DNA from: an uncultured virus (IMG/VR IMGVR_UViG_3300031957_001236)
Taxonomy: Duplodnaviria; Heunggongvirae; Uroviricota; Caudoviricetes
IMG/VR virus record: IMGVR_UViG_3300031957_001236
DNA length: 64,000 bases
Direction: 5' to 3' (one strand)
This document shows positions 8,922-16,506 of this stretch, in pieces; within the stretch, counting starts at the first letter, position 1, and each line of letters starts with the position of its first letter. The notes below the pieces were generated by a model. The model saw only the letters and a list, made by a program, of their open reading frames with translations. It searched no databases and was not told the DNA's origin. Both the position numbers and the translations under genes were made by a program.

Positions 8922-9057
8922 TGCAAGTCTGAGTTTTTTAAAGCGCCCGTCTAACGCTTTTTTCGAGTTTCTAGACTGTCTACTTCGCTGCCCGACAGGA
9001 TCCCCTAGAACACTCTAGTAGGATCACCTCCTTCGTCGGGATTGGCTCAGACAGCAT
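8922..9057 (-). ncRNA. Candidate structured ncRNA containing AAGGAGGTGATCC
   Basis: Nested complementary segments GTCTGAG/CTCAGAC, CCCGAC/GTCGGG, GATCC/GGATC, CTAG/CTAG and AAAGCG/CGCTTT in one of the largest intergenic gaps; no family recognised. Confidence 0.45.
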
Positions 9058-9062
9058 CAACA

Positions 9063-9620
9063 TCATGCAACAGGTTCTTCGGGTACTTCTTCGTACTCGT
9101 ACTCAGAATCATCTTCAGCAGCAATCTTAGATGCCTCAGATGAGTGTGATAGGCCAAGACCAGCACCAATAGCTTTTACAGTGCCCACAAGATCAACAGA
9201 GGTGTCTCCTTTGTGAGGTACAAGAGCTTTGGCTGCCTTGACATAATGCTTGCGCTTACGCTGAGAGAAGAGTGTGACAACACCTTCCCATGCAGCAAGG
9301 CCAGGGAGGAAGGTACTAGCAATACCAAACCCTGCGTCGATCATGGCACCGAGATCCTCACCGCTAGGAGCAGCAGGAATATAAGCAGCATCTTCTTTAA
9401 GTTGCTCCTTATCTGCCATTACGACAGTTGTGCCTTCAGGAACTTTAGCCTTGATCTCCTCAGGAAGCTGCTCCCATGGGATGACAGCACCTTGTTGACC
9501 TTCGGCAAGTTGATCAGCGGTGGTAAAGACAGTACCCTCGCCTAGGAATTCCTCAAGCATAGCGCAGGATGTAACACCGAACGCTAGGACTGAGGCTGCG
9601 ATTACATTGATTAGTTTCAT
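9063..9620 (-). CDS. Putative lipoprotein/membrane protein
   Basis: Signal peptide with lipobox MKLINVIAASVLAFGVTS-C; second hydrophobic segment followed by QRKRKH; acidic tail. Confidence 0.7.
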   Translation of the reverse strand: MKLINVIAASVLAFGVTSCAMLEEFLGEGTVFTTADQLAEGQQGAVIPWEQLPEEIKAKVPEGTTVVMADKEQLKEDAAYIPAAPSGEDLGAMIDAGFGIASTFLPGLAAWEGVVTLFSQRKRKHYVKAAKALVPHKGDTSVDLVGTVKAIGAGLGLSHSSEASKIAAEDDSEYEYEEVPEEPVA

Positions 9621-10390
9621 GACAATAGCCTCTTAGTAAAATCATCATCGGAACCCGCATCCGAATCATCTTCTTGAAGAGTGCGTTCCCGTGGCTGTAG
9701 TTCAGGCCGCAGGTTGAGAACTGCCTCTTTCACATCATCGTACTCTTCAAGCTTCACAAGGGAGTGAATATCGTGAAGAGACTCCATCACCTCTGAGATC
9801 ATCTTCTTGCTGCCAAGCGGAGTTGCCTTAGGACGGAACATGGATTGATCGTACTTGGGCCATTGACCTTCCTTCTTCATGTGAAGCTTGAAGTCGTGAC
9901 CAATCTCGGTATCAAGGATACCGTTCTCAGACTGCTCGAAAAGATCAGCGTAGTCAGGATCCATCATGGTCTCGACAATCTTCTGGAACAGGATAACGCC
10001 AATGGAGAAGATCTTGACCTCCTCGTTCTCACGATCATAGGCGTTCAGGTAGTAGCGAGCACGGGGCTTGATCTGGCGAGCAAGATCCTCGTCCTCCTTG
10101 GAACCAGTCTTCCACAGGGCGTAGTAGAGATCGCACAGAGGGCACTTCTCTCCATGCACCTTGCGGCAGTGTACATTCTTCACCGAACCGTCAGGCTGAG
10201 GGACACGGTGGATCTTAGTCTCTGCATAGAAGTTCTTGTCAGAATCAGCAGAGGCAGGAAGGATACGAAGATAAGCCTCGCCCTCCTTTACTTGGTAGAA
10301 CTTGTTCAGGAAGTCCTGATCTCCACCAGCGGCTTTAGGGTTGGTAAGTTGTTGGTGCTTCTGACGAAGCGCGTTTAGGTCAATAGCCAT
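9617..10390 (-). CDS. Single-stranded DNA-binding protein, T4 gp32-like
   Basis: LRILP, Zn motif HCRKVHGEKCPLC, GHDFKL...WPKYDQSMF, acidic C-terminus; next to UvsY-like and helicase genes. Confidence 0.85.
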   Translation of the reverse strand: MAIDLNALRQKHQQLTNPKAAGGDQDFLNKFYQVKEGEAYLRILPASADSDKNFYAETKIHRVPQPDGSVKNVHCRKVHGEKCPLCDLYYALWKTGSKEDEDLARQIKPRARYYLNAYDRENEEVKIFSIGVILFQKIVETMMDPDYADLFEQSENGILDTEIGHDFKLHMKKEGQWPKYDQSMFRPKATPLGSKKMISEVMESLHDIHSLVKLEEYDDVKEAVLNLRPELQPRERTLQEDDSDAGSDDDFTKRLLS

Positions 10391-10414
10391 AGTTAGTTTT
10401 CCTTATATAGTAGT

Positions 10415-10876
10415 TCAGTCAGTGATCATTCTCGTCTCAGCGCGAGAATTTGCAGATAGTTGTACAAGCAGGTCCTTTCTATGAGACATAGATTGGACTA
10501 GTGACTTGAGAAGACCCTGCTTGTAACGCTTCTCCTCAAGATTCTTCTTCATAGTATATAGGGTATCATCACGGCCAACATAGTCATCGACAGCAGCGAC
10601 CGTTGCCCTTGCCCCGGCTTTGATAATAGCATCACGGGCGTCATTTTTCAAGTCCACCTCATGCTTTTCCATCTCTACCTCGTAGTCCTTTACATTCTTA
10701 GTGGCATACTCTAGTAGACCACAGTAGTAGGAATACAGACGAGAGTGCTTAAGGATCTCATCGTTTACAGAAAACTTATCAATACTAAGCAGGCTGTCCG
10801 CGAGCGTAAGGTAAAGATCCATGTCTAGATCCTCGTATGCTCTCAGTAGGTCATCACTCTTCATCGAATAATACAC
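10415..10876 (-). CDS. UvsY-like recombination mediator (coiled coil)
   Basis: LSIDKFSVNDEILKHSRLYSYY...MSHRKDLLVQLSANSRAE; size and position between helicase and SSB. Confidence 0.6.
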   Translation of the reverse strand: MYYSMKSDDLLRAYEDLDMDLYLTLADSLLSIDKFSVNDEILKHSRLYSYYCGLLEYATKNVKDYEVEMEKHEVDLKNDARDAIIKAGARATVAAVDDYVGRDDTLYTMKKNLEEKRYKQGLLKSLVQSMSHRKDLLVQLSANSRAETRMITD

Positions 10877-11225
10877 TCCATAGTTCAGGATTCAGGTGTC
10901 GAAACAATAATAGTCCACGGGTAGCACTCTCTACAACAAATTCGTTAGTTGTTGTAAGATCTACAGTAGCATCCTCGTCATTAGCCCTTAGGCCCATTGT
11001 AGAAAAGATAACATGGAATACCTCATGTAGCAGCGTGGGGCGAAGCACTTTGTCCTCGGCAGTATCATCCAATACTATAGCCATCTTATCGAAGTCGGTG
11101 AGCCCTAAGCACTCATCGCCATCCATGGTTATCTTCTTCTCAAATTTGATAGAGAAGGTGCCCCATCCATAGAACACCTCCCCTACATCCTTAATTTTCT
11201 GCTTCAGGCTCTTGGTTCTCGTCAT
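10854..11225 (-). CDS. Small HEXXH metallopeptidase-like protein
   Basis: TLLHEVFH plus downstream E (NEFVVE); start MTRTK at 11225 follows a GAGG SD. Confidence 0.6.
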   Translation of the reverse strand: MTRTKSLKQKIKDVGEVFYGWGTFSIKFEKKITMDGDECLGLTDFDKMAIVLDDTAEDKVLRPTLLHEVFHVIFSTMGLRANDEDATVDLTTTNEFVVESATRGLLLFRHLNPELWSVLFDEE

Positions 11226-12513
11226 GGTCAACCTCTTGCATAACCAACACATTATAGTTGATGGTCATGGGGATGACGAACCTAGCTTTTCCGTTCCTGG
11301 CTTTCATCACATAGGCACGCATCATACCCTCATCAAACTCTTCTTCGTCTTGGTTGAGAGAGATTGCAAGGTCCACCACACGGAACTTACCGTAGGAATC
11401 TCCTAGGTGTTCATCGGTGATTAGACGGGCTCCACGACCTGCACGGTTGGTCTGAGTAGCAGTCCAGATCAGCATGTCCTGCTCTACACCGATGCCTCGT
11501 AGCTCCTCTGCAATACGCTGCTGGGCTTCATACTCACTCATGCCTTCACGGACTGGACGCAGTAGCTCCATGTAGTCGATGACAAGCACATCAGGCACGA
11601 AGTCCTCGTAGCTCTTAAGTTGATTCAGGTAGGCCCGAATCGTGTTAACATTCGCCATCCCTGTGGGGAACTCCTTGATACGGAGGTTAGCCTTGGGGAA
11701 ACGATCCTGAAAGATCTTGTGACGCTGACGGAGCATCTTCTGCTCACGCTCTTGCCCAAGAAGCTTTTGAGGGATCAGAGTGGAGATAGAGTCGATGCGT
11801 TGACCCACTCTATCTTCACTCATCTCCAACGATATATAAACAACTTTCAGGTTTTCAATCAGACACTTCACTGCCTGATTGGCTAGGTAAAGGGACTTGC
11901 CAACCCCAGGAGGAGCAACAACCATAGCAAGTTCCTTTTTACGAAGACCGCCACCGTTAAGACCACGATCAAGGCTAGGCAGGCAAGTCTTGATGTAATC
12001 ATCGTCATTGACGGTCAGAAGGCGCTCCCAGCGAGCTTCGGTATCTTTGAAGTAGTCTTGTCCGAAGTCCTGGCTGCGAGCAACCAGTAGTGCGTCCTTA
12101 ACTTCCTTCTCGATCTCATCGAAGCGTCCATCTCGCATGAGGTCAACAGACTTGGTTATAGCTTGCTTCATGGACTCTCTGCGAGCAAACTTCTCCACAC
12201 AGTCTACAATGAACTCAGTGTTCTGGACTGTGGAGGCATCAAGGTTGTTGATAAAACAAACTTCGTCCTCATACTCTGCGACAGACTCCGATTGCCTCTT
12301 TCGGTCCTTGCAGAACTCAAGCAGGAAATCGTCATTAGGGAGCTTGTGATACTTCCCAAAGAACTCCGTAATGCCATCGTATAGCGTGGAGTGAATTGGG
12401 TACTCAAAATACTCCGACTTAACGAGCGGAGCGATCTCGTTGAAGAAATCAAGATTACTCTTGGCGAGGTTGAGAATGCCTCGCTGAATGTTGTCTGAAA
12501 AGTTGTATGCCAT
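11191..12513 (-). CDS. dnaB: Replicative helicase, DnaB/T4 gp41 family
   Basis: APPGVGKS, ISLEMSE, IKEFPTG, LVIDYMELL, WTATQTNR, MKARNG. Confidence 0.92.
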   Translation of the reverse strand: MAYNFSDNIQRGILNLAKSNLDFFNEIAPLVKSEYFEYPIHSTLYDGITEFFGKYHKLPNDDFLLEFCKDRKRQSESVAEYEDEVCFINNLDASTVQNTEFIVDCVEKFARRESMKQAITKSVDLMRDGRFDEIEKEVKDALLVARSQDFGQDYFKDTEARWERLLTVNDDDYIKTCLPSLDRGLNGGGLRKKELAMVVAPPGVGKSLYLANQAVKCLIENLKVVYISLEMSEDRVGQRIDSISTLIPQKLLGQEREQKMLRQRHKIFQDRFPKANLRIKEFPTGMANVNTIRAYLNQLKSYEDFVPDVLVIDYMELLRPVREGMSEYEAQQRIAEELRGIGVEQDMLIWTATQTNRAGRGARLITDEHLGDSYGKFRVVDLAISLNQDEEEFDEGMMRAYVMKARNGKARFVIPMTINYNVLVMQEVDHDENQEPEAEN

Positions 12514-12521
12514 ATCGTTGT

Positions 12522-12965
12522 TTATCGTTTGCTTAGGTTCCTGTAACCAGCATGGTTATTATAGAGCGACGACCTGATCTCATCACCCTGTTTCTTCTCA
12601 AAATCCTTTTCTTCCTTTGTTTTGCGCCTTATCTTACCTTCAGCGTGACCTTGCTCAAGCTTGGTTTCATCTAATACTACAGGTCTATAAGGTGAAGCTT
12701 GCTGTTCCGACTGCTTCTTTGCAATATCTAAAAGATCCTCTTTAACCTCTTTAGCTTTAGACTTATCGTTATACACTAAGTTGTGCTGTTTACGCTTGTT
12801 AGTATAGTAGTCGCTCCCATTGAACATTACAGGGACCTCGCCCCAATGCCTGTTGGATAGCTTCTTACATTCAGGACAACGGGAACGGGAAGGCGCTTTA
12901 CTCATAGGCGCTTCCCGTTCCCATATTACTTCACAGTCATGACAAATGAACTCGTATATAGCCAT
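12522..12965 (-). CDS. FmdB-family zinc-ribbon protein
   Basis: MAIYEFICHDC...CPECK...VMFNGSDYY. Confidence 0.75.
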   Translation of the reverse strand: MAIYEFICHDCEVIWEREAPMSKAPSRSRCPECKKLSNRHWGEVPVMFNGSDYYTNKRKQHNLVYNDKSKAKEVKEDLLDIAKKQSEQQASPYRPVVLDETKLEQGHAEGKIRRKTKEEKDFEKKQGDEIRSSLYNNHAGYRNLSKR

Positions 12966-12979
12966 GACCTATTATAGTA

Positions 12980-15900
12980 TCATGGACACCATGGATCAGG
13001 ACAATGTACACAAGAACTGTCGTAAGAAGGTTCTACGAAGGTCATTCCATTAGCGAATTCCGAACACCATCCATCAGATCTTAATCTATCGAAGGATGCA
13101 AGACCGTAAGTGGTTCCGCTGGCTGGAATACACCAGTCATTGAACTTTCTAACGATGCTTAAATCTCCATAAATATCGTTGTAGTTGGGAGTGTAACCTC
13201 CACCTGTGGCAGATCCCATAAGCTGTCCAGTATAGTCCCAAATATTTCCAGACATTATTACTGAGGACATAGTTCCAGCTTCGTTAGCTGGCTGATCCCA
13301 TTCAAAGTCTCCACAGCATTGGTGAGCATCACCAATTCCAGCAGGGTTGTACTGGAAGTACGCACCAAACCTATTATCAGCTACGATAACGCCTGAGAAC
13401 TCTTTAGGGTGATACCAGCTTGTAGCGGTTTCTGGGGTATCGTACACACCATTAATCTGGCACTTTGCTGGGTCAGAAATCCTGTAAACACCGTTTTGAC
13501 CGTAAGGTATATCTTGAGAGTTTACACCGCTGAACACCATAGGTTGTCCGTCAAGAGTGGGCCTGAACAAGATGTGACAAGGTTGACCATTGTTAACCCA
13601 GTCACAATCTGCTCCTTGTGTTGGATCCCACCCGCCAGGGTTGTTATAGTATGCAGTGTAATCCCCTTGATCAAAGTATGTTTCAGGGTTAGGACATAAG
13701 CAGCCTACATTAGGATCACCGTAGGTAGACTTGTATCCGTCAGGACCAGCGAAAGGATCAGTAGGATCATATACAATATCTTCCCAACCACCAGCAGGAC
13801 CAGACAGCACTATAGTAGAAGCATCAGTTCTACCGTAAAATTCAGAGGGAACTTCCCACCAGTAAGCCTCAGTAGAACCCTTAACAACATACTTCTCAAG
13901 GATAATACCGTCACCAGCAAGGTTCTGTCTAGCACCTTCTGGTGTTGCGGAGAACTGGTTTCCTTTAAGGCTGAATGTACAGGTTCCATCAGCAGATGCC
14001 TGAACACCTAAAGTAGAAGCTTTCTTCCACTTATCACCAGTGTTGATATAAAGCGTACTGTTACCAGCATTCATCCAGTTACCTATTACTGCAACATTGG
14101 CAATGTTTGCTTTTGTTGGTCCAGCAATATAAGCTGCATTGGATTTATAGGGTTGCACAGGTGCCTTAGCAGGAGATGGCATATCTATAAAGTTTCCAAA
14201 GATATAGGTATTGAAGTTACCAGTGGTTTGCATACCATCAGAGTGGGACTTTGCAAGAGGTCCAAGATGGTGAATCCAGTTACCTGTAGCGGAAACATTG
14301 TCACCACCGAATTCAATTGCGTCAGCACCTCCCTCTTTTAGATCACATCTTTTAACTATAGAGTTGTTTCTAAGAAGGATCGTTTTACTTGAACCCCAAG
14401 TAACCATACCATCCCTTATAATTGTTCCAGAAACATAAGTGTCAGTTCCTTGAACCTTGTTACAATCTATAGCGTAGATTATGGAGTTGTTCTGTCTTTC
14501 ATAATACTTCTTAACACCTTGGTTATCTGTTATACCATATAAAGGGCAAGGACCTTTTACATCAGTAGGTGCGTTAAGGTTAGTAAGCCAGAAGTTAGGA
14601 TCATAACCTACAGAGTTTTGCTTTGCCCAAATAGCTGCCTTTGCAGCAGGGCTTCCACCTAAACAAGGATCTACAATGAAGTTCTTAAGGATAACATCAT
14701 CAGCTCTAATCTGAATCTTCTTGTAAGAAACAAAGTTTTCGTAGGTTCCTGGTTCGGTAATTTTAATACCTCCTGAATCCTCTGAGTCTAGATCAGGATA
14801 TAGCATTGCGAAACCACTAAGCTGAATATCATCAGCATATTGATCACCTAGTTCTTCAATCTTAAAGTAATCGTTGTTAGGTCCTGTTGTGGACTTCCAT
14901 GGAATAACCCAATCAATACCACAAGCATCAACAAGTGCGCCACTTAAAGGTCCTCCAGAGAAATCAACATCTGCTGGGTTGGCCCCGTAAGGAGGTAGAC
15001 GACCAGGGTATGCAGTTCCCCCTGGGAAAGGTATAGTAGGAGTAAACACGCCTGTAGGAGGACCTGATGCAATGTTTACATAAACAGTGCCAGTAGTCCA
15101 AAGGTTAGCGTTATCCTTTACCTTGTAGGTGAAGGTGTCTTGATTACCTGGAGTTGTGTCGGGGTAATCAATTGCACTATACTCAATCCTTCCGTAAATA
15201 TCTGGGACAGCAGTTCCAGAAGTGGGAGGGGTTACAACTTGAAGAGAGTTTCTTCTAAAGTTCTTACCTCCGAACACAAGATCGTTTGAAAGAACAGAGA
15301 TAGGCTTGCTATCTCCAAAGTATACTGTAGCAGTATCATCCTGAGCGATAGGAGGTGTAAAGATGTTACCACTAACGGGATCTAGATCACCGATAGCACC
15401 TCCACCACCCCAGTTACATGTAGTAGAACCTTTAGGGCCAGCATCAAATAATTGTTTAATAAGGAGACTGGTCATGGCTCCAGCCCAGAATCTCCAGCGA
15501 TACATAGTTCCTTTCCATGCTCTTTGACCAGGAATTCCTACTACAGCAGCCTCATCGAAAAGACTTAATAAATAGCTTCCCTGTTCTGTGCTTCCCCAGT
15601 TAGAGAAAACATCATCATACTCTGCGCCATCTACATCAATAATCTGCTCAGAAACTAAATCACCATCAACATACATGGCAATAGTAACCTCGGGAAGACC
15701 ATCTCCATCCACTGCCTTAACACTTAAAGCTACATGGTGAAGTTGATCCTGGACTAATACACCCTCTGCAATATCAGGGGGTGGGGATGTACCATTAAGC
15801 TCAGACTCAGTAGATCCTACTAGAACTCTAAATCTAGCTTGTAAATCATCGCCTGCAAAAGGTGCGCTGTTTGGACCTTGTAGCAAACTTAAGTTTCGAC

Positions 15901-16399
15901 GGTAGAATGCGTCGGGGGCAGAAGACCCGTGGCCTGTAGTTCCCGAAGTGGAAGGGGCCATAGAGAATATTCTAGGAGGGCCAGTGGTCGTAAGATCATG
16001 AGCCCTAATCCAAGTATCAATTGTAAACTGCTTGTTATTTTGAGCAACCTGAGTAATAACATCAGATCTACCTCTTATAACTCCGTAGGTTGCGGAAGTG
16101 GAGAAGCCTGACATGCAGTATTCTTCGTCGTTAACCCACTCTCCTCCTTGAACAACTAGGGAATAATCGTCTCCCCCAGGAGCTTTGTTGAAAAGGAAAT
16201 CCCCGTCCATGTCATCGAAATCATAATCGAGAACAATGGCAGGGTTGAAGAAGGATGAACCTTCTCTTTGATCATCTCTATAGATGTTTGCAGGAACCTC
16301 GCCCCTGCGAGCATAAACCCAAGCGAGTGCCTTATTTCTTAGTGTTTTAGCGGCACCTAGATATCGGTCACGATACCCGTTTCTACTATTCCAAGCCAT
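12980..16399 (-). CDS. Large probable virion protein: LamG/concanavalin-like domain, Ig-like (Big_9-type) domain and right-handed beta-helix
   Basis: FTIDTWIR...LHHVALS...MYVDG (LamG); PIAQDD...ISVLSND...DTFTYKVKD (Ig-like); IQIRADDVILKN...GNWIHH...HSDGMQ (beta-helix); strong SD GGAGGT. Confidence 0.7.
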   Translation of the reverse strand: MAWNSRNGYRDRYLGAAKTLRNKALAWVYARRGEVPANIYRDDQREGSSFFNPAIVLDYDFDDMDGDFLFNKAPGGDDYSLVVQGGEWVNDEEYCMSGFSTSATYGVIRGRSDVITQVAQNNKQFTIDTWIRAHDLTTTGPPRIFSMAPSTSGTTGHGSSAPDAFYRRNLSLLQGPNSAPFAGDDLQARFRVLVGSTESELNGTSPPPDIAEGVLVQDQLHHVALSVKAVDGDGLPEVTIAMYVDGDLVSEQIIDVDGAEYDDVFSNWGSTEQGSYLLSLFDEAAVVGIPGQRAWKGTMYRWRFWAGAMTSLLIKQLFDAGPKGSTTCNWGGGGAIGDLDPVSGNIFTPPIAQDDTATVYFGDSKPISVLSNDLVFGGKNFRRNSLQVVTPPTSGTAVPDIYGRIEYSAIDYPDTTPGNQDTFTYKVKDNANLWTTGTVYVNIASGPPTGVFTPTIPFPGGTAYPGRLPPYGANPADVDFSGGPLSGALVDACGIDWVIPWKSTTGPNNDYFKIEELGDQYADDIQLSGFAMLYPDLDSEDSGGIKITEPGTYENFVSYKKIQIRADDVILKNFIVDPCLGGSPAAKAAIWAKQNSVGYDPNFWLTNLNAPTDVKGPCPLYGITDNQGVKKYYERQNNSIIYAIDCNKVQGTDTYVSGTIIRDGMVTWGSSKTILLRNNSIVKRCDLKEGGADAIEFGGDNVSATGNWIHHLGPLAKSHSDGMQTTGNFNTYIFGNFIDMPSPAKAPVQPYKSNAAYIAGPTKANIANVAVIGNWMNAGNSTLYINTGDKWKKASTLGVQASADGTCTFSLKGNQFSATPEGARQNLAGDGIILEKYVVKGSTEAYWWEVPSEFYGRTDASTIVLSGPAGGWEDIVYDPTDPFAGPDGYKSTYGDPNVGCLCPNPETYFDQGDYTAYYNNPGGWDPTQGADCDWVNNGQPCHILFRPTLDGQPMVFSGVNSQDIPYGQNGVYRISDPAKCQINGVYDTPETATSWYHPKEFSGVIVADNRFGAYFQYNPAGIGDAHQCCGDFEWDQPANEAGTMSSVIMSGNIWDYTGQLMGSATGGGYTPNYNDIYGDLSIVRKFNDWCIPASGTTYGLASFDRLRSDGWCSEFANGMTFVEPSYDSSCVHCPDPWCP

Positions 16400-16404
16400 A
16401 TAAA

Positions 16405-16445
16405 TACCTCCAAGTATTCAAATATATTTAGAATACTTGGAGGTA
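16405..16445 (-). promoter_or_regulatory. RBS-sequestering hairpin with TAAATA late-promoter motif in the loop
   Basis: 15-bp perfect inverted repeat TACCTCCAAGTATTC/GAATACTTGGAGGTA; one arm contains the SD of the 12980..16399 gene. Confidence 0.75.
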
Positions 16446-16506
16446 AATGAAGATAAAAAATTAGTCTTCCCAGTATGGATCGTTTATATCAGGAAGCTTT
16501 TCAAAC

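Noticed and set aside
378..8992. 11-nt complementarity GGCAGCGAAGT/ACTTCGCTGCC between the intergenic regions at about 381 and 8982
   Set aside because: Short enough to arise by chance in 64 kb; a similar string also occurs inside polA near 22594
9021..9033. rRNA gene fragment
   Set aside because: The match to 16S is limited to 13 nt and the flanks do not resemble the rRNA terminal helix; kept only as part of the RNA candidate
16452..16500. Possible terminator after nrdJ (CTTCC...GGAAG then TTTTTT)
   Set aside because: Short imperfect stem with a large loop and a displaced U-tract; too weak to call
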